64,000 nt of DNA from Candidatus Babeliales bacterium. GTDB taxonomy: Bacteria > Babelota > Babeliae > Babelales > JANWKD01. Where the stretch lies: positions 96,001 to 160,000 of the forward strand of contig CAVXJH010000006.1 of the NCBI GenBank assembly GCA_963762115.1, written 5' to 3'. Under the pieces are notes generated by a model that saw nothing but the letters and a program-made list of their open reading frames with translations, ran no database searches and had not been told where the DNA came from. Positions 52,095-60,783 of the stretch are shown here, one piece after another (position 1 is the first letter of the stretch; each line of letters starts with the position of its first letter). Both the position numbers and the translations under genes were made by a program.

Positions 52095-52907
52095 ATGAAG
52101 TTCAGATTAAACGTGCTGTTCATACTCATATGCTTAAGCAATTTCTCACCTAATAAAGCTGCACTCGACAAAAAAACAATGCCCGAAGAAAATAAACCTC
52201 AAATTGATCCTGCATTCTTGACGCTATCAAAAAGATTACCCCTACCAACTTATGAAATTGTACCATTTAGATTTGATAAAATTCCCTGGTTAACTTCTGA
52301 GCAATTATCGCAGCATATGGAACTTTATAAAGGATATGTTAATAAGCGAAATGAAATAGCAAAAACGTTAAAAAAAGTTGATCCTTCCAAAGCATCTGGC
52401 GTTACCTATTCAAAATACCGCTCACTCAAAACAGCGGAAACATTTGCCATGAATGGCGACATTTTACACAGGCTTTATTTTCAAAATATCAGTGAAAAAA
52501 AATCACAAAAACCTGGTGAGCAAATGATGAATTTAATTATTGAAGCATTCGGCTCCCTTGAATCATTCAAAAATGATTTGTTTGCTTGTGCAAGCTCATC
52601 ACGAGGCTGGGTACTTACTGGTTATTCCCTTGATGATAATATGATTCACAATTTCTTGCTTGATGCACATAATCAAACGGTTCCCGTTCTTGTCATGCCT
52701 TTATTAGTGCTTGATGTTTATGAGCATGCTTATTTCCTTGATTTTGGCACCAAACGCCCATCGTATGTTCAACTGTTCTGGAGCAATATTAATTGGGATG
52801 TTGTTGAAGAACGCATCAATAAATGGGTTAATCCGCTTATTAAGAAATGTGAAGTTCCTGAAGAAAAAAATGAGAAAATTGAAACTTTAACAGCTTCCAA
52901 AAAATAG
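52095..52907 (+). CDS. Fe/Mn superoxide dismutase family protein with signal peptide
   Basis: 'QHMELYKGYV', 'LHRLYF', 'FGSLE', 'GWV', 'LDVYEHAY..DFG', 'INW'; hydrophobic N-terminus. Confidence 0.88.
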   Translation: MKFRLNVLFILICLSNFSPNKAALDKKTMPEENKPQIDPAFLTLSKRLPLPTYEIVPFRFDKIPWLTSEQLSQHMELYKGYVNKRNEIAKTLKKVDPSKASGVTYSKYRSLKTAETFAMNGDILHRLYFQNISEKKSQKPGEQMMNLIIEAFGSLESFKNDLFACASSSRGWVLTGYSLDDNMIHNFLLDAHNQTVPVLVMPLLVLDVYEHAYFLDFGTKRPSYVQLFWSNINWDVVEERINKWVNPLIKKCEVPEEKNEKIETLTASKK

Positions 52908-52983
52908 CATAAGGTATTTCTGATTCTTCAAATACCTTATCTAAAATAAATTTTTGTTTTCACGTTTTAGTTTATAAATTATC

Positions 52984-53496
52984 AATATTATTCGGCCCTA
53001 TGCGGGCAGGCATGAATATATTGCGTGCCCAATATATTCAATACAAGGGCAACTAAGAGAAGAATCTCTTAGTAATCTCTCTTAACGCAAAAAAGTCGGA
53101 CTTGATCATTGCATGCTCAAAGTCCTCCACCAGTTTTGCTAATGAGGAAATTTTTGATTTTATCCGATGACTTGCGATTGATAATTATCTACTTCGTAGA
53201 ATCACAATTGTCATCTTAAAAAGCAAATCAACAAAGTTATAAATAATACTGGATTCTGAATCTACTTTGCTAAAAGCTTCGTAGGTTCAGAATGACATTT
53301 CTCATTTCGAAAGAAAATTTATAAATATATGTTAGTCCGGTAGTGCGTTGTGCACCCGAAAGAATGATGCGCAGCATCATGATGTGTGGTGCATATACGC
53401 GCGGAAAAAATGATCCAACGGAACGTTGGGGCCCTTGTATCAAAGGTATTGGGCAAACAATACCTTTGTGCTGCCCGCATAGGGCCAAATGATATT
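52984..53496. repeat. ~510-bp hairpin-rich element bounded by inverted family B units (52984-53050 and 53431-53496), containing a family A right arm (53249-53301)
   Basis: aatattattcggccctatgcgggca...atacaagggc on the + strand; the same unit is on the - strand at 53431-53496. Confidence 0.8.
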
Positions 53497-53548
53497 AAAA
53501 ATAAATATTACTTTTGTTTTAAGATATTAAGCAAACCATAAATAATTA

Positions 53549-53878
53549 TTAATCCACAATTTTATTTTGTGCATCAAGTATCGCCAATAAGCGCGCACTT
53601 AATTGTCGATGAGATGCTATATCACTCTTTTCCATTGCATGAATTTGGGAATTATTAATAAAATTATACCCTAACTTAACTTCAATATCAGCCAACTTCT
53701 TCTCTTTAGGAAAATATCTTACAAGACGATTATCATTCCTTTTAGCTGTACAACTTTGCATACCTACAGTTATCTGTGGAATGGTTGTACCAGGTACCGT
53801 AACAAGAACAAACTTTTCCATGCCACATGCAAAAGCAACAAATAAAATGCTACCTAAAAAAAGTATTATTTTTTTCAT
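53549..53878 (-). CDS. Small secreted hypothetical protein (signal + ME motif)
   Basis: MKKIILFLGSILFVAFACG-MEKF; start at ATG 53878. Confidence 0.6.
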   Translation of the reverse strand: MKKIILFLGSILFVAFACGMEKFVLVTVPGTTIPQITVGMQSCTAKRNDNRLVRYFPKEKKLADIEVKLGYNFINNSQIHAMEKSDIASHRQLSARLLAILDAQNKIVD

Positions 53879-53949
53879 GAGATTCTTTCTAAAATTGGAT
53901 GAGAAAATAAAAAACTGCATAACCAAATATAACCATCAATGCATCGAAT

Positions 53950-54145
53950 TGTCATTGCGAGGCAACATTGTTGCCGTGGCAACCCAGAATATAAAATTCT
54001 ATTTATTTCCCAACTCCTTTACATTGTAATATTTTTTGAAACAAATCAAAAATAGATCATATATAAACATCTGTTTTTCATATGAATTTATTTATGAGAA
54101 CATTATAATCTGGGTCACCACGGCACAATGTGCCTCGTGATGACA
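53950..54145. mobile_element. Non-autonomous MITE/REP-doublet-like element (family A)
   Basis: tgtcattgcgaggc..gccgtggcaacccag ... ctgggtcaccacggc..gcctcgtgatgaca; homologous to 63615-63835. Confidence 0.75.
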
Positions 54146-54196
54146 TTTTTGATTACTTGGTTTACGGTAAAATTATTGGCTATGTACAATAAAGGT

Positions 54197-54712
54197 TTAA
54201 ATTTCTGATAACACTGCGTGCGCAAATTTTTCAGCCTCTAAAGGCCCTCTAGCAGTAACAATGCGCTTATCTTTAACAACGCCAGCTTTTTCATAAATGG
54301 CAGCATGTTTATCAAAAATATCTTTTAATAAGCCATCCTCATCCCACCCTGTTGCTCGATGAGTAACCAAAGCGCCAGCTTTTGCCAAAATACGAGGCGC
54401 AATACAAATAGCAGCAACAACCTTATCAGCCATAACTGCTTTTTGAATAATGCGATAACTTATATCATTATCTAAGTGATCCAAAGCTCCGCCACCACCA
54501 ACAAACACTATTGCTTCATAATCATCAGAATTAAGCTTGCTTAACTCAACATCAACATCAGTTTTTGAACCATCAGTTGCTTGTGCTTTTCCACCTTTAT
54601 CACTTACCGTAACAACTTTATAACCGGCTTCTTGAAATATTTTCTTTGGTACACCATATTCTATTGGTTGATACCCAATATGAGCAATGATAATTGCTAT
54701 ACTTTTTATCAT
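54197..54712 (-). CDS. DJ-1/PfpI family protein
   Basis: 'YQPIEY', 'FVGGGG', nucleophile elbow 'AICIAP', 'IVTARGP'. Confidence 0.92.
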   Translation of the reverse strand: MIKSIAIIIAHIGYQPIEYGVPKKIFQEAGYKVVTVSDKGGKAQATDGSKTDVDVELSKLNSDDYEAIVFVGGGGALDHLDNDISYRIIQKAVMADKVVAAICIAPRILAKAGALVTHRATGWDEDGLLKDIFDKHAAIYEKAGVVKDKRIVTARGPLEAEKFAHAVLSEI

Positions 54713-54946
54713 AGACTATCCCTTCCTTAATTTTTTGATTTTTTATTTTTCAGTATAAACCAGTTGAACTATAACATTCTAGAAAAATAATATGAAGGGC
54801 TTATTTTAATAATTTCAATCTGAATAAAATCAAACATTTCATTTAAAAATATACTTTTTCATAAAATAATTGTTACTAATTAATATTTGCGTTAAAATAA
54901 CAAATATACAGCTTTTTAAGAAGAAAATTTTAGATGAAAGTTTTTT

Positions 54947-55483
54947 ATGATAAGACATCCCTGGCATGAGGTATCTTCAGGTGAACACACCCCCGTAAGC
55001 GTAAATACCATAATAGAAATCACAAAAGGTTCAAAAGCAAAATATGAACTTGATAAAGAAAGTGGTCTTTTGCGTCTCGATAGAGTTCTTTTGACTCACC
55101 TAACCTACCCAGTTCATTATGGTTTTATTCCTCAGACCTATTGCGCTGACAACGATCCTCTTGATGTCATTGTTATTTGTTCAGAGCATCTACTTCCTTT
55201 AAGTATTGTCGAAGCAACGATTATTGGTGCTATGCATATGATTGATGGCGGACAACGAGATGATAAAATTATTGCTGTTGCCACCCATGATCATGCGGTG
55301 AATACAATAACTAATTTAGATGAACTTCCCATCGATCTTCTTGAAACCATACGACAATTTTTCGAAAATTATAAAAAACTAGAAGAAAAAAAAGTTATTA
55401 TTGAAAAATTTTTCAATAAACAAGAAGCACAAAATTTAATTATTGAAGCGCTTGAATTGTATAAAAAAGAATTTAAACAGTAA
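54947..55483 (+). CDS. ppa: Soluble inorganic pyrophosphatase (family I)
   Basis: 'HPWH', 'KYELDK', 'YGFIPQT..DNDPLD', 'DDKIIAV', 'FFENYK'. Confidence 0.96.
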   Translation: MIRHPWHEVSSGEHTPVSVNTIIEITKGSKAKYELDKESGLLRLDRVLLTHLTYPVHYGFIPQTYCADNDPLDVIVICSEHLLPLSIVEATIIGAMHMIDGGQRDDKIIAVATHDHAVNTITNLDELPIDLLETIRQFFENYKKLEEKKVIIEKFFNKQEAQNLIIEALELYKKEFKQ

Positions 55484-55500
55484 TCTCACAAAATCACACA

Positions 55501-55534
55501 AAAAAAGGGTATACAAAAATTGTATACCCTTTTT
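55501..55534. terminator. Bidirectional intrinsic terminator between ppa and nrdB
   Basis: aaaaagggtatacaa-aaa-ttgtatacccttttt. Confidence 0.85.
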
Positions 55535-55557
55535 TATTTTCAATAAATAGTATCTCT

Positions 55558-56559
55558 CTACCACTCAAGTGATCCGGCTGTTTGATATTCCGTTACACGA
55601 GTTTCAAAAAAATTCTTTTCTTTGGACAAATCGGTTGATTGCGACATCCAAGGAAATGGATTTTCAGTAAAATATACTTTTGGCAAATCAATACGCTCTA
55701 AACGACGATCAGCAATATGTTCAACATAATCACTAAATTGTTGCGCATTAATGCCGAGTAATCCTTCAGGACAAGCATCCAATGCATATTGCTTTTCTAA
55801 TACAACAGCTTTTTTAATTAATTCAACAATTTCTTGTTGGAATTCTGCTGTCCAAATAGTTGGATTCTCAGCTTTAACGGCATTAATCAAATCACACCCA
55901 AAAGCCAAATGAATACTTTCATCACGCATGATATATTCAAATTGCTCACCAATACCAACCATTTTGTTTTGACGTTTGAGGGCAAGCATCATGGCAAAAC
56001 CAGCATAAAAGAAAATGCCTTCCATGATTACATAATACCCAATAAGGTCATGCACAAAACGCTTAATATCTTCTTGTGTTTCTGTTTTAAAGTTTGGATC
56101 AAAAATTGATTGCGTCAAATTAATAACAAAAGCATCTTTTTGTGCAATTGAAGGTATCGTATTATACATATTATAAATCACATCAGGATCCAATCCTAAT
56201 GTGTCACAACAATAAATGAAAGTATCAGTATGCACTGCTTCTTCAAAAGCCTGTCGCAATAAATACTGACGACATTCAGGATTAGTAACATGACGATAAA
56301 CAGCCAACACTAAATTATTTGCCGTTAACGATTCCGCTGTTGAAAAAAATCCTAAATTCCAAAGAATTAATCGTCGCTCTTTTTCAGACAAAAATGTTGC
56401 AGATTTCCATTGCTCAACATCTTGTTGCATCGAAATTTCTTCTGGAGTCCAATTGTTGGCAATACCATCTTTATAATGTTGGCGAGCCCACATATAGGTC
56501 ATCGGTAAAATTTTATTAGGATCAGTTGCGCTATTATTCAAAATAGTTTTTTGTATCAT
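55558..56559 (-). CDS. nrdB: Ribonucleotide reductase beta subunit, class Ic-type (R2c)
   Basis: 'FFSTAESL', 'EEAVHTDTF', 'EGIFFYAGF', 'RDESIH', 'NFFETRVTEY'; start at ATG 56559 after AAGGA. Confidence 0.93.
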   Translation of the reverse strand: MIQKTILNNSATDPNKILPMTYMWARQHYKDGIANNWTPEEISMQQDVEQWKSATFLSEKERRLILWNLGFFSTAESLTANNLVLAVYRHVTNPECRQYLLRQAFEEAVHTDTFIYCCDTLGLDPDVIYNMYNTIPSIAQKDAFVINLTQSIFDPNFKTETQEDIKRFVHDLIGYYVIMEGIFFYAGFAMMLALKRQNKMVGIGEQFEYIMRDESIHLAFGCDLINAVKAENPTIWTAEFQQEIVELIKKAVVLEKQYALDACPEGLLGINAQQFSDYVEHIADRRLERIDLPKVYFTENPFPWMSQSTDLSKEKNFFETRVTEYQTAGSLEW

Positions 56560-56591
56560 ATATATTCCTTTCATGGATTAAATTATGAGTA

Positions 56592-59111
56592 TCACTGACA
56601 CGATTCACAATCACTAGGATTATCAATACCACATGCATACGTGGTTGCAGGATTAAATGCCACTTTCTCAACTGATTCAGCGGGGGCAATTTCTTTGTAT
56701 TCACGCTTTTGAGTATACCCAAACTTTTTTGCATCTAACGTTGATTTTTCAATCTGACTCGCGCCAAGCGTTCGTAAATAATACATTGTTTTCATACCGG
56801 TACGCCATGCCGTTGTATAAATATCATGTAACTTCTGACCAGAAACGCCCTGCATAAAAACATTATGCGATTGACTTTGATCAATCCATTTTCCTCGTGC
56901 AGCGGTGATATTTATCATATGAATTGGATCAAGCTCAAAAGAACCTTTATACTTACGTTTTAGATGATCTGGAATCTCATCAATCATTTGTAAATTACCA
57001 TCATAATATTTAAGCTGGTCAAGCATAGATTGATTCCATAATCCTAATGCCTTTAAATCGTCCACTAAATACGTGTTAATGATAGTAAATTCACCCGCAA
57101 TATTTGCTTTAACATAAATGTTGCGATACATAGGTTCAATACATGGGTAACATCCAGCAATATTAGCAATGGTTGCTGTTGGTGCAATTGCTAATATATT
57201 TGAATTTCTCATACCCCATTCTTTAACCTGCTTTCTAACTGGTGTCCAATCAAGGGAGGAACTACGAGAAACTTCAATTGGCATGCCACGCTCTTGTTCT
57301 AATAAATCAATAGTATCAAGAGGAAAAATACCACGATGCCATTTTGAACCCTGATAACTTTGATACGTACCACGTTCATGTGCAAGTTCTGATGAACCAA
57401 GAACCGCAAAATATAAAATCTTTTCACCAGTATTATCAGCAAAAGTAACTGCTTCTTGCGAATCAAAAGGAATATTTAATTTAAATAATGCATCCTGGAA
57501 TCCCATACAACCAAGACCAATTGGCCGATGGCGCATATTTGAATTTTGCGCTTCAATCGTTGGATAAAAATTTAAATCAACAACATTATCAAGCATTCTG
57601 ATTGCTGTTTTAATTGTTGCCGCTAACATTTCCTCATCAAGTTTACCATCAACAATATGCCGCGATAAGTTCACTGATCCTAAATTACAAACAGCTGTTT
57701 CATCAGCAGAAGTATTAAGGGTAATTTCAGTACATAAATTTGAACTATGCACAACACCTGCATGATCCTGAGGTGAACGAATATTACAAGGATCCTTAAA
57801 GGTAATCCAAGGATGACCCGTTTCAAAAAGTCGGCTTAACATCTTACGCCATAATTTTTGTGCTGATACAATTTTAAATTGTATCATTTGGCCGTTGTTA
57901 GCTTTTTGTTCATACTCTTCATATCGTAGCTCAAATGCCTTACCATATAAATCATGCAAATCTGGTGTTTCATCAGGTGAAAACAAAGTCCAATCTTTAT
58001 CGGCAAGAACACGCTTCATAAAAAGATCAGGAATCCAATTTGCCGTATTCATATCATGCGTTCTACGACGTTCATCACCAGTATTGCGACGCAAATCAAG
58101 AAAATCTTCGATATCTAAATGCCACGTTTCTAAATAAGCACACGTACCACCGCGCCGAATACCACTACGCGTAATACCAGCAACAACATCATTAGCAATT
58201 TTCAAAAATGGCACAACGCCCTGACTTGTTGCATGAATACCTTTAATAATTGAACCCGTACCACGAATGCTCGTCCAATCATTACCAATACCACCTGCCC
58301 ATTTTGAAAGTTGCGCATTGTCGCCCATACATTTAAAAATATGCGCTAAATCATCATGAACCGTTGTTAAATAACATGAACTTAGTTGGGGAACAACATA
58401 TCCTGCATGAAATAATGTTGGCGTTGAAGAAATATACCGTAACGTAGAAAACAACTCATAAAACTCAACTGCTTTTTTATTTTTATCTTCTTCCTTAAGC
58501 GCAAGTCCCATTGCAATGCGCATCCAAAACGTTTGCGGAAGTTCAATCTTTTTTTTATTAATTTTAAGAAAATAACGATCATACAATGTTTGCAATCCTA
58601 GATATTCAAGCAAGTTATCACGTTCAATACGTAAATGTTGTGCAAGAAATTCTAAATCAAATTGCAATAATGCAGGATCCAATATTTTATTTTCAATACC
58701 TCGTTCAATGCTTGTGATAAAAGCACTTTGATACAAAGCATTCAATGAAGAATCAGTCGCAGAAACTTTAAAAACTTCTTTATAAATAGCTTGTAACAAA
58801 AGACGCGCTGCCACAACACCATAAGCAGGGTCTTGTTCCAAAAAAGCAATTGCTGATAAGACAAAAGCTTTTTCAAGATCTTGAGTTGTGACACCATCAT
58901 AAATATTCTTGATGACTTCTTTAACAATTAAATCAACAGAAACTAACGATGATAAATCACCCATAATACGATTAATTGTTCCATAGACTTTGTCATCATC
59001 AAACGCCATTTTAATACCATTACGCTTGGTAACCGTAAAATGAGTTAAGGCACTTTCATGCACATTTGGTGTCTCAAAACCCCCATTTACGAGACTGCTC
59101 TGAGAATTCAT
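56592..59111 (-). CDS. nrdA: Ribonucleotide reductase alpha subunit (class I) with ATP cone
   Basis: 'VTKRNG' cone, 'STPTL', 'QLSSC', 'SNLCTEI', 'VCNLGS', 'APTATI', 'KTMYYLR', C-terminal 'CESCQ'. Confidence 0.97.
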   Translation of the reverse strand: MNSQSSLVNGGFETPNVHESALTHFTVTKRNGIKMAFDDDKVYGTINRIMGDLSSLVSVDLIVKEVIKNIYDGVTTQDLEKAFVLSAIAFLEQDPAYGVVAARLLLQAIYKEVFKVSATDSSLNALYQSAFITSIERGIENKILDPALLQFDLEFLAQHLRIERDNLLEYLGLQTLYDRYFLKINKKKIELPQTFWMRIAMGLALKEEDKNKKAVEFYELFSTLRYISSTPTLFHAGYVVPQLSSCYLTTVHDDLAHIFKCMGDNAQLSKWAGGIGNDWTSIRGTGSIIKGIHATSQGVVPFLKIANDVVAGITRSGIRRGGTCAYLETWHLDIEDFLDLRRNTGDERRRTHDMNTANWIPDLFMKRVLADKDWTLFSPDETPDLHDLYGKAFELRYEEYEQKANNGQMIQFKIVSAQKLWRKMLSRLFETGHPWITFKDPCNIRSPQDHAGVVHSSNLCTEITLNTSADETAVCNLGSVNLSRHIVDGKLDEEMLAATIKTAIRMLDNVVDLNFYPTIEAQNSNMRHRPIGLGCMGFQDALFKLNIPFDSQEAVTFADNTGEKILYFAVLGSSELAHERGTYQSYQGSKWHRGIFPLDTIDLLEQERGMPIEVSRSSSLDWTPVRKQVKEWGMRNSNILAIAPTATIANIAGCYPCIEPMYRNIYVKANIAGEFTIINTYLVDDLKALGLWNQSMLDQLKYYDGNLQMIDEIPDHLKRKYKGSFELDPIHMINITAARGKWIDQSQSHNVFMQGVSGQKLHDIYTTAWRTGMKTMYYLRTLGASQIEKSTLDAKKFGYTQKREYKEIAPAESVEKVAFNPATTYACGIDNPSDCESCQ

Positions 59112-59548
59112 AGTTTTCCTTTTAAAGCTAGTGATATAAACTCATTATTCAATACAATAAAAAACCCCAACAAACATGCTTTTTCACCTACTCCTTTTTT
59201 AAAAAAGACGATTGTTTCCCCATAAAACAATCAATAATGACGCAAAACATCATCTACAACAGATGATCAAAAAGCGCTATAACACAATTTAAATTGTTTT
59301 TCTATTTGTAAAATTAATTATCGGCATTACCATCTACTGTATCACCTTAAACCCTTCTAAGCAAACAAAATTTTATAGCTAAATAATACAAAACATATTC
59401 TTAATTTTTTTGTGAAATTAGATTGCCAGACAATACAAATAGTAATCTTCCCATAAGATTTATTGTATAAATTAGTTCCCATCGCCGTGTAAACAATTAT
59501 AATTTTTTTTTATAAAAAGAGTGAAAGCCAAACAAGAATCAATGACTA

Positions 59549-59578
59549 TTGACAGCTCATATTGAAAACCCTTATCTT
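59549..59578 (+). promoter_or_regulatory. Candidate sigma70 promoter for the thioredoxin pair
   Basis: TTGACA-18nt-TATCTT, followed by an AAGGAG RBS. Confidence 0.4.
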
Positions 59579-59616
59579 GAATTCTAGAGACATCTTAAAA
59601 AAGGAGATTTTTTCAA

Positions 59617-60009
59617 ATGAATATCGCAAAAAATAAATTTTTGTTCTTATGTATAACGTTAATAACTCTAGCAAATACACTAGAATGTACCGTTAGAGAA
59701 TTTAAAGGCACCGATGCTCAATTTGATGCCATCCTCAAAGAAGGTAAGCCTGTTGTGGTTAAATGTTACCAAACCTGGTGCTCTGCATGCAAACATTATG
59801 AAGATAGTTTTAAGTCTATTTCAAATCAATTTCCACATGTTACTTTTTTAGCAGTCGATTGTGCAAAAAATCCATCAATTGAATCACGCTTTGGATTTCA
59901 TGGTTATCCAACAACTATTTTTTTTGATTCAACCGGCAATAAAAAAAACCAAAGAACAAATGTTTTAACGGCAGAAGAATTACGCAAAGAAGTTGAAAAA
60001 TTACAATAA
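59617..60009 (+). CDS. Exported thioredoxin-fold protein (WCSAC)
   Basis: Signal-like N-terminus; 'WCSAC', 'GYPT'. Confidence 0.85.
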   Translation: MNIAKNKFLFLCITLITLANTLECTVREFKGTDAQFDAILKEGKPVVVKCYQTWCSACKHYEDSFKSISNQFPHVTFLAVDCAKNPSIESRFGFHGYPTTIFFDSTGNKKNQRTNVLTAEELRKEVEKLQ

Positions 60010-60033
60010 CAATTACTAGATAAGGAGTTTTTT

Positions 60034-60702
60034 ATGTATACAATCAAACACTATGCTTTAGTTGCTTTATTACCAATTGTATTTCAGTTTACAAACTGTG
60101 AAGAAAATTGCCTAATGGGTGCTATAGATATTGTAAAAACTGCGCCAACCAGTCAAGTTATTGACATAACAACAAGTGAAGCACTCAACAAACACAAAAA
60201 GTCCGGCAAACCAATGGTTGTTAAATTTTATACAGACTGGTGTAACCCATGCAAGGATATGAAAGAACCTTTTGCAAACTTAGCAAAAGAATATACCAAT
60301 GTTACCTTTATTGCTGTTAATGGCGATCATGCACCATCTTTGACGCAAGAATTTAATGTTGAAGGCTATCCAACATTAGTATTTATTGACAAAAATGGTG
60401 ACCAATTATTTGTACGCGTTGGTGGCGCAACTAAGGGTGCTCTTTCTGATTTAGTAGAAAAATTAAGCAAGGGCACCATGCAAAAACAAGAAGTTAAATC
60501 AAAAATGGAAGAAGAAAAACCAAAAGTAGAAGCTGCTCCTGCACCAGCCAAAAAAGCTATCGCACAAAAAAAATCACAACCAAAGAAAACAATGCCAGTA
60601 AAAAAAGCTGTTGCACAAAAAACATCGCAACCAAAAGAAATAGTTCGTAAAGGGCCCGGCGGAAAACGCATTCGTTATGTTGCCGTTATGGATGAAGAAT
60701 AA
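60034..60702 (+). CDS. Exported thioredoxin-fold protein (WCNPC) with Lys/Ala/Pro-rich tail
   Basis: Signal-like N-terminus; 'WCNPC', 'GYPT'; repeated KKA(I/V)AQK(K/T)SQPK. Confidence 0.85.
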   Translation: MYTIKHYALVALLPIVFQFTNCEENCLMGAIDIVKTAPTSQVIDITTSEALNKHKKSGKPMVVKFYTDWCNPCKDMKEPFANLAKEYTNVTFIAVNGDHAPSLTQEFNVEGYPTLVFIDKNGDQLFVRVGGATKGALSDLVEKLSKGTMQKQEVKSKMEEEKPKVEAAPAPAKKAIAQKKSQPKKTMPVKKAVAQKTSQPKEIVRKGPGGKRIRYVAVMDEE

Positions 60703-60724
60703 TTTTTAAATTATTATTAAAACA

Positions 60725-60768
60725 AAAAAAAGAGCGGAAATAATTGAGAAAATTATTTCCGCTCTTTT
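60725..60768. terminator. Bidirectional intrinsic terminator
   Basis: aaaagagcggaaataatt-gaga-aattatttccgctctttt. Confidence 0.85.
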
Positions 60769-60783
60769 GTATTTAAATTTTAC

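Noticed and set aside
53270..53488. 72-aa minus-strand ORF
   Set aside because: Lies wholly within palindromic repeat sequence; no RBS or protein-like features.
50884..54145. Possible CRISPR array from recurring GC-rich palindromes
   Set aside because: Copies are inverted and irregularly spaced, with no constant-length spacers and no cas genes in the window.
56592..59111. Intein or intron in nrdA
   Set aside because: Length and motif spacing are normal; no intein splice motifs or homing-endonuclease insert seen.
59250..59470. NrdR boxes upstream of nrdA (e.g. acaatacaaatagt, accatctactgt)
   Set aside because: Only partial matches to the consensus in very AT-rich DNA; needs a PWM scan and evidence of nrdR.
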